Shown in pieces: positions 46,736 to 57,999 of a stretch of 64,000 bases of DNA. The notes under the pieces are model-generated. The model saw nothing but the letters and a program-made list of their open reading frames with translations, was not told the DNA's origin and did no database searches. Source of the DNA: Synechococcus sp. (GTDB lineage: Bacteria; Cyanobacteriota; Cyanobacteriia; PCC-6307; Cyanobiaceae). Position 1 is the first letter of the stretch; each line of letters starts with the position of its first letter. Position numbers and translations under genes: made by a program. The DNA lies in assembly GCA_047285805.1 (NCBI GenBank), contig JBJBCN010000003.1:911745-975744 (forward strand), written 5' to 3'.

Positions 46736-47047
46736 ATGGCTGCTGTTTCTCTCAGCGTTTCCACCGTCAAGCCCCTGGGCGATCGCATCTTCATCAAGGT
46801 CTCTGAGTCCGAAGAGAAGACCGCCGGCGGCATCCTTCTTCCTGACTCCGCAAAAGAAAAGCCCCAGGTGGGTGAAGTCGTGCAGGTGGGCCCAGGCAAG
46901 CGCAACGAAGACGGTTCCCGTCAGGCTCCTGAAGTGAGCGTTGGCGACAAGGTCCTCTACAGCAAGTACGCCGGCACCGACATCAAGCTCGGCAGCGACG
47001 AGTACGTCCTCCTGTCTGAGAAGGACATTCTGGCTGTCGTCAGCTGA
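46736..47047 (+). CDS. groES: Co-chaperonin GroES
   Basis: [20 protein letters not shown]. Confidence 0.98.
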   Translation: MAAVSLSVSTVKPLGDRIFIKVSESEEKTAGGILLPDSAKEKPQVGEVVQVGPGKRNEDGSRQAPEVSVGDKVLYSKYAGTDIKLGSDEYVLLSEKDILAVVS

Positions 47048-47068
47048 GTCCGACCCGTTTTTCACTAA

Positions 47069-48730
<1,662 letters not shown>

Positions 48731-48731
48731 A

Positions 48732-48757
48732 GTCAGCAGGTGAGAGGCTGACCTTTT
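48732..48757 (+). terminator. Probable terminator after groEL
   Basis: gtcagc...gctgac stem followed by tttt. Confidence 0.55.
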
Positions 48758-48989
48758 CCCAGACGACTCTCCTTTTTTGCAATGCATTTGGGGCGCATCC
48801 GTGCCCCATTTTTTGTGCCTGTCGATCGGTGCTGATCTGAGGCAACCCAACCCTTTTGCCTAGGTGCTGCAATGCGGATCTATGCAACAGGGCTGTTTCC
48901 TGCTTGGGTGATGGCGGCGTGAAATGCCCCGCGGCTGAAAGGGGAAGCGAATCCAGGAAGGGAGGGGTATTGTTCTTTCTATACGAATC

Positions 48990-49355
48990 TTGGCTGTGCC
49001 GCGCCCTGGTGCCTTCGCTGCGAACTTCAGGCCTGAAGTTTTGGATCGCTTTAGGGCTCTCTGCCGGCGTCAGGGAAAGCAGTACACGAAGGTGCTCGAG
49101 CGCCTGGCTGAGTTGTACCTGGAAACCGGAGGGGCTGTGCTGGATGGAGCGGCCTCTGCTGGGTCGGCGGATCCAGATAAGAAGAAGCGGCTCGTCCAGG
49201 TGGAGTCACTCCAGAACAAACTCCTGGAAGATCTCTTGAAGCGTGTGGAGGTCCTTGAGAAGCAGAAGGTGAAAACCGACTATGAGATCGAGCGCGTTCA
49301 AAAGAGCGTTGCCTTTCTGCGCTCTGGTCTGCAAGAACCTGGTTCTATGGGGTGA
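48990..49355 (+). CDS. Hypothetical protein, possible ribbon-helix-helix N-terminus plus coiled coil
   Basis: FAANFRPEVLDRFRALCRRQGKQYTKVLERLAELY pattern; heptad-rich C-terminal half. Confidence 0.65.
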   Translation: MAVPRPGAFAANFRPEVLDRFRALCRRQGKQYTKVLERLAELYLETGGAVLDGAASAGSADPDKKKRLVQVESLQNKLLEDLLKRVEVLEKQKVKTDYEIERVQKSVAFLRSGLQEPGSMG

Positions 49356-49413
49356 ACGGTTAGGGGCTTTCTGTATCCCCTGTTCGAATCAAAGGCTGAT
49401 TTCCTTCTCCTTC

Positions 49414-49569
49414 GTGCCAGCTTTTCGTTGCTGGTTTCGGTAGTTCACTGAGTTGTTCTTTCGGAAGGGCAATGCCCTGAACTTGGCCATCGCGGTGGTC
49501 GTGTGCACGAAGTTTCAGCAGATCGTCGATGCGCTCACGAAAGATCTCTTGATGCCCTTGGTGAATCCG
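49414..49569 (+). pseudogene. mscL: mscL 5' fragment
   Basis: VPAFRCWFR*FTELFFRKGNALNLAIAVVVCTKFQQIVDALTKDLLMPLVNP matches MscL S1/TM1; in-frame TAG at 49441; truncated. Confidence 0.75.
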
Positions 49570-49571
49570 TA

Positions 49572-49651
49572 CAACCCGAGAACCTCGGTGTGGATGTCGC
49601 CAAACATGGCGAATGGGCCTACGCCGAGCGGGTTCTCCGCAGCTGTTCTGA
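49572..49651 (+). pseudogene. amt: Ammonium transporter 3' fragment
   Basis: ENLGVDVAKHGEWAY matches the Amt C-terminal ExxGxDxxxHGExAY motif. Confidence 0.6.
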
Positions 49652-49668
49652 GCACCGCCCCCATAAGC

Positions 49669-49698
49669 AAGCCCGGGTGGAGTGCATCCCGGGCTTTT
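49669..49698. terminator. Terminator between the amt remnant and msrB
   Basis: aagcccggg...cccgggctttt. Confidence 0.75.
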
Positions 49699-49710
49699 GG
49701 CTGTCTGGCT

Positions 49711-50181
49711 TTAGGCGTTGGGCTTGAACGTCAGTGCCACGCCGTTATTGCAGTAGCGCTTGCCGGTGGGCCTAGGGCCGTCGTTGAAAACGTGGCCCTG
49801 GTGACCGCCGCAGCGCTGGCAGTGGTATTCCGTGCGGGGCACGATCAGCTTGAAGTCGACGCTGGTGCCAATGGCATTGGCCAGGGGGTCCCAGAAGCTG
49901 GGCCAACCGGTGCCGCTGTCGTATTTGGCCTTGGAGCTGAACAGAGGCAGGTCGCAGCCGGCGCAGTGATAGAACCCAGAGCGCTTCTCGTTGTTCAGTG
50001 GGCTTGAGAAGGGGCGTTCAGTACCCTCTTGCCGCAGCACTTGATAGGCGGCGGGGGGAAGCCGTTGCTTCCACTGAGCATCACTAAGTTGCCAATAGGG
50101 ATCGCCGGCCTTGGCGGCCGCCTCCGCTGATTTGCCTCCCACCAGCAGAGCCAGTGAAGCGAGCAGTCCTCGACGTCTCAT
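49711..50181 (-). CDS. msrB: Peptide-methionine (R)-S-oxide reductase with Tat-like leader
   Basis: GTERPF, SGTGWPSF, GHQGHVF.DGP, RYCNNG; two CxxC motifs. Confidence 0.95.
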   Translation of the reverse strand: MRRRGLLASLALLVGGKSAEAAAKAGDPYWQLSDAQWKQRLPPAAYQVLRQEGTERPFSSPLNNEKRSGFYHCAGCDLPLFSSKAKYDSGTGWPSFWDPLANAIGTSVDFKLIVPRTEYHCQRCGGHQGHVFNDGPRPTGKRYCNNGVALTFKPNA

Positions 50182-50418
50182 TTAGAGGCCCTTGAACCAG
50201 CCAGCGCTGAGGGCTGTGGCCAGTCCCAGGAAGATGGCCAGCAAGGTCCAGGTAATGCGATTCAGGGTCGCCTCAGCGCTGCGGGCGCTGCTGAACATTG
50301 AGCTGCCACTGGAGGCCAAGCCGCCCATGCCATCGCCCTTTGGGCTGTGTAGGAGCACGGTGATGACCAGCAGTGCACCACTGCCGAGCCAGATCCAGGT
50401 TAGGACGCTTTGAATCAT
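50182..50418 (-). CDS. secG: Preprotein translocase subunit SecG
   Basis: VLLHSPKGDG, AEATLNRITW. Confidence 0.94.
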   Translation of the reverse strand: MIQSVLTWIWLGSGALLVITVLLHSPKGDGMGGLASSGSSMFSSARSAEATLNRITWTLLAIFLGLATALSAGWFKGL

Positions 50419-50439
50419 CGGTGCAGCCTAGGCAGTGAT

Positions 50440-52110
50440 CTAGACGCCCAGGGTCTGGGGAATGCGACTGGGCTGAGATGGGCTGCCCAGGGGATGGATG
50501 AGGGAGGTGCCACTCATCCGGCTCGGCTGATCCAGGCCCAAGATCTCCAGAAGGGTCGGCGCGACATCGGCCAGACCGCCACCACTGCGCAGTTCCACCG
50601 CGGTGCCGTGGCCAGGGATCTTGCGCTTCTCTCCTTCCACCAGGATCAGCGGCACCGGGTTGGTGGTGTGGGCGGTCCAAGGCAGGCCGTCGGGGCCTTC
50701 CATCAGCTCGGCGTTGCCGTGGTCGGCAGTCACGATCAAGGTGCCGCCCATGCGGTTCGTCGCCTCAAGCAGTCGGCCGACGCTCTGGTCGACAGCACCG
50801 ATGGCTTCCACGGTGGCCTCCATGGCTCCTGTGTGGCCGACCATGTCGGGGTTAGCGAAATTGATCACCACCAGGGAATAGATGCCCTTGTTGATGGCGG
50901 AGATGCAGTTATCGGTGAGCTGCTCGGCCGACATCGCTGGTGCCTGGTCGTAGGTGGCAACCCGAGGCGAGGGCACGAGGTGCCGGTCTTCACCGGGATA
51001 GGGCTGCTCGATGCCCCCGTTCATAAAATAGGTGACGTGGGGGTATTTCTCGGTTTCAGCGGTGCGGAATTGACGCAGGCCGGCCTCTGAGACCACCTGA
51101 CCCAGCAAGCCGTCGAGAGATTCGGGTGGGAAGGCCACGCTGACCGGGAGCCCGGCCTCGTACTGGGTGAAGGTGACCACGTTCAGATCAGGAATGAAGC
51201 TCCGCTCGAAGCCGTCACAGTTCTCTAACACCAGGGACTTCACCAGCTGGCGCACCCGGTCCGGGCGGAAGTTGAACACCACCAGGCCATCGCCAGATTG
51301 GATGGCCCCCGGAGCCAGGCGGGTGGGTTCTAGGAATTCGTCGTAGATCTCTTCGCCATAGGAGGCTCGCAGTACCTCCTGTGGGGATCGCCCAGTGATC
51401 GCACCGTCTTCAGTCAGCAGCCTGTAGGCCTTCGCGGTGCGCTCCCAACGGCTATCGCGGTCCATCGCCCAATAGCGCCCGCAGAGGGTGCTGATCCGGC
51501 CAATGCCAGCAGCTTCGATTTGGGATTCGATCTTGGTCAGAAACGGCTCGGCGCTCTGGGGAGGCGTGTCACGGCCATCGGTGATGGCGTGAATGCAGAC
51601 ATCCTTGAGTCCGCGAGCTTTGGCCCAATGCAGGAGGCCGCCCAGGTGGTCGATGTGGCTGTGTACCCCGCCATCCGAGCAGAGTCCGATCAAGTGGAGG
51701 GTTTTGCCGCTGCTCTGAAGCTGCTCAGCCAGAGCGTTGAGTTCACCGTTCTCCGCGATGCTCCCGTCGCGCACGGCCTGGCTGATGCGGACGAGTTCTT
51801 GGCGGATGATCCGACCGGCACCAATGGTCAGATGACCGACTTCGGAGTTGCCCATTTGATCGTCGGGCAGCCCGACATCAGCGCCGCTGGCCTCGATCAG
51901 GGTGTGGGGATAGGCATGCCAGAGGGCATCCATCACCGGGGTTTGGGCAGCCCGGATGGCGTTATGAACGTCGTCGTGCCGGTAGCCCCAACCGTCCAAG
52001 ATGCAGAGCACAACCGGTGCGACAGCACCCTTCTGGGAAGGATCTGAAGGAGCGGCGGTTGATGCCGCCGCGTTGTGCGAGCCCGATTCGGTGGACGGTA
52101 CGACTGTCAC
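50440..52110 (-). CDS. gpmI: 2,3-BPG-independent phosphoglycerate mutase
   Basis: [30 protein letters not shown] start inferred. Confidence 0.96.
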   Translation of the reverse strand: MTVVPSTESGSHNAAASTAAPSDPSQKGAVAPVVLCILDGWGYRHDDVHNAIRAAQTPVMDALWHAYPHTLIEASGADVGLPDDQMGNSEVGHLTIGAGRIIRQELVRISQAVRDGSIAENGELNALAEQLQSSGKTLHLIGLCSDGGVHSHIDHLGGLLHWAKARGLKDVCIHAITDGRDTPPQSAEPFLTKIESQIEAAGIGRISTLCGRYWAMDRDSRWERTAKAYRLLTEDGAITGRSPQEVLRASYGEEIYDEFLEPTRLAPGAIQSGDGLVVFNFRPDRVRQLVKSLVLENCDGFERSFIPDLNVVTFTQYEAGLPVSVAFPPESLDGLLGQVVSEAGLRQFRTAETEKYPHVTYFMNGGIEQPYPGEDRHLVPSPRVATYDQAPAMSAEQLTDNCISAINKGIYSLVVINFANPDMVGHTGAMEATVEAIGAVDQSVGRLLEATNRMGGTLIVTADHGNAELMEGPDGLPWTAHTTNPVPLILVEGEKRKIPGHGTAVELRSGGGLADVAPTLLEILGLDQPSRMSGTSLIHPLGSPSQPSRIPQTLGV

Positions 52111-52253
52111 CCGATAAAACCCCGCCTTTCCCTGCACGACCAGATAGGCCCAACCTACCTCTTGCCTTGTCCTAAGCCAGTCCCCAGCATGGTTGCGTCA
52201 GCTTTTGGCTACACCGGCGATTCCCTCTACCATCGCGCCCTCCGCTCAGACCC

Positions 52254-52802
52254 ATGGCCGTCGATCGCGTTGAAATTCTGTCCGCGGTTGAGCTGGCAAG
52301 AACCCTGAACCGTCTGGCTTCCCAGGTGTTGGAGAGCGTGGATGACAGCCGCGATCTGGTCCTCCTGGGCATTCCGACTCGGGGGGTGGCCTTGGCGGAG
52401 GTCCTGGCCCAGTTGCTCGAGCAGCTCTCGGGCCATCCCGTGGACTGCGGCAGCGTCGATCCCACCTTCCATCGGGATGACCTCGATCGGGTCGGCACGC
52501 GTCTGGTGACGCCGACCTCAATGCCCTCCAGCCTCGATGGCAAGGAGGTGGTGCTGGTGGATGACGTGATCTTCACCGGCCGCACTGTGCGGGCTGCACT
52601 TGAGGCCCTGCAGGCCTGGGGCCGTCCTCGCCGCGTCTCGCTGCTCGCGATGGTGGACCGCGGTCACCGGGAGCTGCCGATTCAACCAGACTTCTGCGGA
52701 CGGGTGGTTCCGACGAACCGGCAGGAGCTGATCGCCCTCTGTCTCAAGGGCATTGATGGGGAGGAAGGGGTCTTCCTTTTAAAAGGCGAGGTCGAAGGCT
52801 GA
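52254..52802 (+). CDS. pyrR: PyrR regulator / uracil phosphoribosyltransferase
   Basis: GIPTRG, LVDDVIFTGRT, DRGHRELPI. Confidence 0.95.
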   Translation: MAVDRVEILSAVELARTLNRLASQVLESVDDSRDLVLLGIPTRGVALAEVLAQLLEQLSGHPVDCGSVDPTFHRDDLDRVGTRLVTPTSMPSSLDGKEVVLVDDVIFTGRTVRAALEALQAWGRPRRVSLLAMVDRGHRELPIQPDFCGRVVPTNRQELIALCLKGIDGEEGVFLLKGEVEG

Positions 52803-52805
52803 CCC

Positions 52806-53027
52806 TCAGGCCAACTCTTCGAGTTCGTCCGCGCGGAAGTGGGCCCGGAATTTCCCGAAGGCCACGATTACAGGCATCGTCGGGCTGATGGTGCGCCCCT
52901 TGTAGTCGTTCAGAACCTGGAAGACTTCGCCCTGCTGGCCCTTGAGATCAAAGGCTTGGCCGCGATGTTGTGGGTGGTGGAACACCACAACGCTCTGGCT
53001 GACCGTGACTTGATCTCCTGCCTGCAT
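52806..53027 (-). CDS. ftrV: Ferredoxin-thioredoxin reductase variable chain
   Basis: VVVFHHPQHRGQAFDLKG, ISPTMP, FRAHF. Confidence 0.92.
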   Translation of the reverse strand: MQAGDQVTVSQSVVVFHHPQHRGQAFDLKGQQGEVFQVLNDYKGRTISPTMPVIVAFGKFRAHFRADELEELA

Positions 53028-53068
53028 GAAGAGGGCCTTTGACGCGTCGCCCATCCTGTCACGCGTGA

Positions 53069-53899
53069 TCAACGTCTGCAGGCCGTCTCGGGACCGTCTT
53101 CAATGACCTGTCCCCCGAGCTCTGCGCAGGCCTGGCTGAAGGCTTGCCAGTCATCGAGTCCTTGCTCGAGCTTCTGGCTCACTAGGCGGTTGAGCTGAGC
53201 TTCGGGGACATTGGAGCCCTGGCCGCCGTGGGAATCGTGCTCGCCATGGTCCCGTTGGCGGAGGCCTTCGATGCCGGCTTCCACCTGCTTGCGCAGCCCC
53301 TCGGTGCGCGTTCTCCACCAGGGATGTTCGATCCGATTGAGGGCATCGAGAGCTTCCCACCAACGCTTCTGGCGGATCAGCCGGGCGGCCCGCTCCTTTT
53401 GGAAACGGTTGCGGCTCCAGTCTTCGCGGAGTTGATTACCTAGCGCAGTGCCCTGGGGGTTTTTGTCGGCATTGAGGTTCTTGAGAACCGCGATGGCCTG
53501 CTCCAGTTGACCCCGGCGGTAGAGGTTGAGGACTTCGTTTTCCAGTTGCTGTTGCCAGGCCAGTAGGCGCTGCTGGTCCTCCGGGGTGCTGCTGCCGGAG
53601 TTGACCAGCAGGCGCTGGAGTTGCAGAGCCTCGGCCGGTTGGCTGTCCTGCCAGAGCTGATCGGCTTTCAGCCTCCGGCAATGGCTGAGCTCCAGAGGCG
53701 CTTGGCCCCCCAGCCAGCGCAGGGCCGAGAGCTGCTCGCCGTAGAGCAGACAGTCATCCAATCGCCCGGCTTTAGAGGCCTGCTCGAGTCGAGCAGGAAG
53801 TTGTTTTTCCCACCAATAGGCCGCGCCGACTCCCGATGCCACCAACCCCAAGGTGAGCACCAGCCAAAAACGTGGAAGCCGGTGTCGGCGGATGGCCAA
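53069..53899 (-). CDS. Hypothetical membrane-anchored helical protein
   Basis: N-terminal TM and helical repeats; fills the gap with a stop overlap-free fit. Confidence 0.75.
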   Translation of the reverse strand: MAIRRHRLPRFWLVLTLGLVASGVGAAYWWEKQLPARLEQASKAGRLDDCLLYGEQLSALRWLGGQAPLELSHCRRLKADQLWQDSQPAEALQLQRLLVNSGSSTPEDQQRLLAWQQQLENEVLNLYRRGQLEQAIAVLKNLNADKNPQGTALGNQLREDWSRNRFQKERAARLIRQKRWWEALDALNRIEHPWWRTRTEGLRKQVEAGIEGLRQRDHGEHDSHGGQGSNVPEAQLNRLVSQKLEQGLDDWQAFSQACAELGGQVIEDGPETACRR

Positions 53900-53979
53900 G
53901 TGGCGGGTCTGGAATCCACTTCTGTTCTATGCAGCCGCCCTCCGGCGATCACGCGGCCAGGGGCAGCGCTTGAGCCGGC

Positions 53980-55536
53980 CTAGCGAACAGCGCCCAGATC
54001 GATGGCGCCCTGGCGCGTTTGGGTCTGCAGATCCAAGGTCTCGACCTTTAGGTGAGCGGCCTCATTAATCCAAAAGCGCAGCTCGATTCGGTCCTCCCCG
54101 GGGTTGCCGGAGGGGAGCAGGGGAATCTGGATGGGAGCCTGCGGCCAGGCCTGGACCCGGGCCTCTCCTGCCCGTTGACGGCGCAGGATGGGAAGGCCAT
54201 CCACGAAGACCACTTCGCTGCGCTCTTCCGCCTGGGGTTCCCCGAGCACCAACTCCAGGGCCTGTTGATCGCTCTGGCTGCAGGAGAGGCGAATCACAAG
54301 TGGTTGCTCGATCGGCCAGCTCTGCCCGGCCATGAAGAGCGGATGCCAGCGATGTTCAGCGCTGCGCTGATCCCAACAACGCAGGGAGACCCCCTGGCCG
54401 AGGACGTCCTTGATTCGGACGCCGGGGGTGAGGCTCAAAGCCCCCAGGGCGACGGCTTCCACGGGACGGCTGTCCCTCAGGGGTGTGCCCGGGAGGCGTT
54501 GCTGAAGCCAGCCGCGAATCAAAGGGATTTGGGCGCTTCCCCCCACGGGCAGGATCGCGTCGATGTCCTCGCTTTGAACGCCCGCGGCCCGGGCTCCGGC
54601 CAGGACGGTTTCCAGCAGTTCATCCAACAGGCTCAGCAGCCCCTGCTCCATCAGCAGTTGCTCGAAGCCCGATCGCTGCAGGCGAAGGGGGATTGCGTTG
54701 GACGTTCCCGCGGGGGTCCAAATGGCTAGGGCTTCCTCCTGGGCGCTGAGCTCGCATTTGAGTCGTTCGCAGACCTGCAGGAGTCCCCGCGGAGGATGGG
54801 GAAGATCGGGGCAGAGGAGTGCGGCGATCCAGCGGTCGAGATCGCGGCCCCCGAGCGCTAATCCGGCTTTGCCCAGCACCTCGGCGGTGCGAAGTGTTTG
54901 TTGGTTGCCGCTCAGGTTGCGGCCGCCAAAGCGCAGCAGTTGGGCGATGGGGGCGGCGCGCCCTTCCCCGCCGGGAAGGGCCACCAGTGAAAGGTCCGTG
55001 GTTCCACCGCCGACATCGACGACCAGGACGCGGCTTCCTGGGGGGAGGCCCGCGCCGATCGCGGCCGCGGTGGGTTCATCCACCAAGGCCACATCGGGGA
55101 CATCCATCGCTTCGACGGCGTCCAGGAGCCATTGGCGATAGCCCCGGTAGCCATCGATGGGGGCGGTCAGCACCAGCCGATCCGGGCTGATGCTCGCCGG
55201 TAGGTGTGACCAGATCTGCTCGAGCAAAAGGCGTCCACATTGCTCCGGGGTCAACCAGCTGTCGCTGCTCTCGCGGCTGGGTTGGGCTATGAGTCGTTTG
55301 AAATCTCGCTGCAGTTGGGGCCCTTCGCGCTCCAGCAGGCCCCCTTCGACAACCTGGCGACCGATGAGGGGTTGATTGATGTCCCGGTCCGCCAGCCAGA
55401 TCAGGCTTGGGATGGCCACCGGATCGGCGCTGCTGAAAGGCGGCAGGGGTAGCAGCTGGGCGTCGGGGTCGTTGGCGCCTTGATAGGCCACCACCGTGGT
55501 GGTGCTGCCGAGGTCAATGGCAAGGGTTCCGGCCAT
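53980..55536 (-). CDS. Hsp70 family protein (non-DnaK)
   Basis: IDLGSTT, EPTAAA, DVGGGTTD, VGGSAQIP. Confidence 0.9.
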   Translation of the reverse strand: MAGTLAIDLGSTTTVVAYQGANDPDAQLLPLPPFSSADPVAIPSLIWLADRDINQPLIGRQVVEGGLLEREGPQLQRDFKRLIAQPSRESSDSWLTPEQCGRLLLEQIWSHLPASISPDRLVLTAPIDGYRGYRQWLLDAVEAMDVPDVALVDEPTAAAIGAGLPPGSRVLVVDVGGGTTDLSLVALPGGEGRAAPIAQLLRFGGRNLSGNQQTLRTAEVLGKAGLALGGRDLDRWIAALLCPDLPHPPRGLLQVCERLKCELSAQEEALAIWTPAGTSNAIPLRLQRSGFEQLLMEQGLLSLLDELLETVLAGARAAGVQSEDIDAILPVGGSAQIPLIRGWLQQRLPGTPLRDSRPVEAVALGALSLTPGVRIKDVLGQGVSLRCWDQRSAEHRWHPLFMAGQSWPIEQPLVIRLSCSQSDQQALELVLGEPQAEERSEVVFVDGLPILRRQRAGEARVQAWPQAPIQIPLLPSGNPGEDRIELRFWINEAAHLKVETLDLQTQTRQGAIDLGAVR

Positions 55537-55622
55537 TGGCCAAAGCTGAAGGGAAACTGCCGTCTAAGAGGGTGACGCAAAACCAGGCTTCATGGTGATA
55601 CAAGCGGGACTTGTCTTGGGTC

Positions 55623-55928
55623 ATGGAGCGGGTTGCTGTTGCCCTTTGGTCGTTCTATCGGGAAGACCCTGAGCAGGCGCGTCGCCTCGATCCGTTGCTG
55701 GCGGCTCGCCTGTCCCGGGGCTGGGGCTCCCTTCGGATCGAATGCAGGGATTTGGCCCACCGGGCCATGGTCTGTGGCGTGATCGATTTGCTGCGGCCCC
55801 CGCTGGAGGCGTTGCAGTTGGCCCGGGAGATTCGTCTGGTGGTCGCTGGTGAGCAACCGATGGTCTTCCCGGTCACCGTTCCCTTGCCCAGCAGTCTGCT
55901 GACCTACGATGAGTCGATCGGCGAATAG
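55623..55928 (+). CDS. Hypothetical protein
   Basis: Open frame directly upstream of rpoZ with host-like codon use. Confidence 0.7.
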   Translation: MERVAVALWSFYREDPEQARRLDPLLAARLSRGWGSLRIECRDLAHRAMVCGVIDLLRPPLEALQLAREIRLVVAGEQPMVFPVTVPLPSSLLTYDESIGE

Positions 55929-55931
55929 TGC

Positions 55932-56162
55932 ATGTATCTCGGCGTCAACGTCAGCCCCAAAGAGCTCGCTCAGCGTGCTGAGAATCTCGTTCGGCAATCC
56001 AGCAACCGCTATCTGACAACCGTTCGCATCGCTTTCCGCGCTAAGCAGCGCCGTTTCGATGATTTCGACGGTCTGCTGGAAGACTCGATGGTCAAGCCCG
56101 TGCAACGCGCAATCATCGAACTGAGCGACGAGCAGGATCAGCCTGATCTGCTGCCTGGCTGA
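55932..56162 (+). CDS. rpoZ: RNA polymerase omega subunit
   Basis: SSNRY.TTV.IA.RAK...KPV.RAIIE. Confidence 0.92.
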   Translation: MYLGVNVSPKELAQRAENLVRQSSNRYLTTVRIAFRAKQRRFDDFDGLLEDSMVKPVQRAIIELSDEQDQPDLLPG

Positions 56163-56194
56163 GCTCTTAGATCCGTGCCCGTCTTGGTTGGTGG

Positions 56195-56572
56195 GTGAGC
56201 GTGATTCAGCTTGAAGGAGAAGGGTGGCGGTTGGCTTGGGATGCCGGCCGTCACCCTTTTTCGGTGTTGATTGGCGGTGACGGTTGGGCCGCTGAGCTCA
56301 GTGAGGCCGAAGCCTCGGCCCTGCGCGACGGCCTCCGTGATTTGATCGATCAACACCGTCAGCTGAACGAGCAGTTGATGGCTGAAGAAGCGATCGAACT
56401 GGAGCTCGAGCGAGGGGGCTGGTGGATCTGTCTGGATGGCGATCGCCAGAGCTGGACCCTGCGGGTGATGCTCACCCCTGAGCCTGGCCAGCGGGCGATT
56501 GAGGGCAGGTGGACCCGTGAGGCCGCCGCCTGTTTCAGTGCGGCGCTCTCCCAGCTCCATGGCCAGCCGTGA
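56195..56572 (+). CDS. DUF1818 family protein
   Basis: EGEGWRLAWD, LIGG.GWA.EL, LM.EE. Confidence 0.85.
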   Translation: MSVIQLEGEGWRLAWDAGRHPFSVLIGGDGWAAELSEAEASALRDGLRDLIDQHRQLNEQLMAEEAIELELERGGWWICLDGDRQSWTLRVMLTPEPGQRAIEGRWTREAAACFSAALSQLHGQP

Positions 56573-57413
56573 GGGCATGCAGAGCGCAGTAATCGAGCCC
56601 ATCCAGTCCGGCTTCGCTGGAGCGTTGCAGCAATTGCAGTAGCCCCTCCAGTCCTTCGCCATTGAGTCCCGCGGCTTGGGAGGCCTCGAGGAAGAGCGTG
56701 AGGTCCTTGCGCAGGTGGGCCGTGGGGAAATTCGGGTTGCCGTAGTCCCCCTGAAGCTCCCGCTCTAATTTCTTGTCGAAGGTCGGGGCGTAGAGCGCGC
56801 TGCCCCGCAGGATCTTCATGAAGCTCTCGACGTCCACGCCGCTGCGCTGCACCAAATGCAGCGAGAGGCTGAAGGCGTGGGTGAGGCTGGCGATCAGTTG
56901 GTTGAGGGCAAGCTTGCAGGCCATGGCGCTGCCGACCGGCCCGAGGTGCCGCGGGGCTTCGCTGAGCTGCTCGAGGATTGGTGCGGCCGCGGCAAAGACA
57001 TCCGGCGCTCCTCCTGCCATGAGCTGGAGCCGACCGACGAGTGCTTCCGGTTTGCTGCCCAGGACAGGGGCTTCGAGGTAGCGCCCGCCACGTTCCGCGA
57101 CGGCGGCGGCCAGGGTCTGGCTTTGCTTGGGAGCGATCGTGGCGATCTGAATGACGCCGCGCCCGGCGAGCTGCTGATCAAGCTCCCCCAGCAGGAGCTC
57201 CTCGGTGCTGGACCCATTGCTGAGCACGGTGATCAACCAGTCCGCCTGCCCGGCCACCTCCTGGGCCGTGGGGGCGGTGCGGGCCCCGGCCTGAATCAAG
57301 GACTGGCAGCGCTCACTGGTGCGGTTCCAGACCCAGAGGTCCTGCCCTCCCTCCAGCAGTCGACTGGCGATTGCTCCCCCCAGGAGACCGGTTCCAAACA
57401 GGGCGATGGCCAT
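56535..57413 (-). CDS. NAD(P)-dependent oxidoreductase, 3-hydroxyisobutyrate dehydrogenase family
   Basis: GTGLLG, WNRT, EAPVLGS, KLALN, KD; ATG 57413. Confidence 0.9.
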   Translation of the reverse strand: MAIALFGTGLLGGAIASRLLEGGQDLWVWNRTSERCQSLIQAGARTAPTAQEVAGQADWLITVLSNGSSTEELLLGELDQQLAGRGVIQIATIAPKQSQTLAAAVAERGGRYLEAPVLGSKPEALVGRLQLMAGGAPDVFAAAAPILEQLSEAPRHLGPVGSAMACKLALNQLIASLTHAFSLSLHLVQRSGVDVESFMKILRGSALYAPTFDKKLERELQGDYGNPNFPTAHLRKDLTLFLEASQAAGLNGEGLEGLLQLLQRSSEAGLDGLDYCALHALTAGHGAGRAPH

Positions 57414-57495
57414 GGTCTTTGGGGTGAGATTGCTGATGAGATCATCGCTCTGATCAGGACTGCTGATCAGCGTTTTTCTCCCAGGGCAGTGCGCG

Positions 57496-57745
57496 TCTTC
57501 CCCAGGGTTTTGCACGGTTTTTCCACAGCCCAAGCCCGAGAACGGGCAGTGACCGCGGTGGTCTGGGGAGAACGGGAGTGGAATCGGCAAGGCCTGTTGA
57601 CAAGCCCTGAAGCCCCCCGCAGCGGCGCCCCCCTGGTGCCCATGAATGGGGCAGAACCCCATCTGGCGGCTGGGATCTAGGCCTGAGAACGCCTGGGAAT
57701 GCCCCCGTTAGGGTGCTGTTGACCGTTCCCCCGTGTTGTGGGGAA
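57496..57745. promoter_or_regulatory. Cluster of DnaA-box-like 9-mers
   Basis: TTTTCCACA at 57519 plus five 2-mismatch copies in both orientations. Confidence 0.45.
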
Positions 57746-57771
57746 CTAGTCCCATTGATCGCAGGAACGGC

Positions 57772-57999
57772 ATGGAAGCAACTGGCACGGTGAGCATGTC
57801 CGCTGAGGTTCCCGAGCCCCTACTTCAGTCCATGCAGGGCTTTATCGAGGCCCACCCCAACTGGGACCAGTACCGCCTCTTCCAGGCCGCTCTGGCGGGC
57901 TTTCTCGTGCAGAACGGGGTGCAGACCCGCGAGATCACCCGTTGCTATCTCGCCAACCTCTTCCCGCAGCAATCGCGCTTCAGCGAGCCCCTCGCCTGA
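57772..57999 (+). CDS. DUF2811 family protein
   Basis: EVPEPL...FIE.HPNWDQYRL.QAALAGFL.QNG. Confidence 0.88.
   Translation: MEATGTVSMSAEVPEPLLQSMQGFIEAHPNWDQYRLFQAALAGFLVQNGVQTREITRCYLANLFPQQSRFSEPLA

Noticed and set aside
49453..50007. 184-aa ORF read as an intact MscL-like gene
   Set aside because: Only about 39 residues are MscL-like; the rest is off-frame amt remnant and msrB antisense
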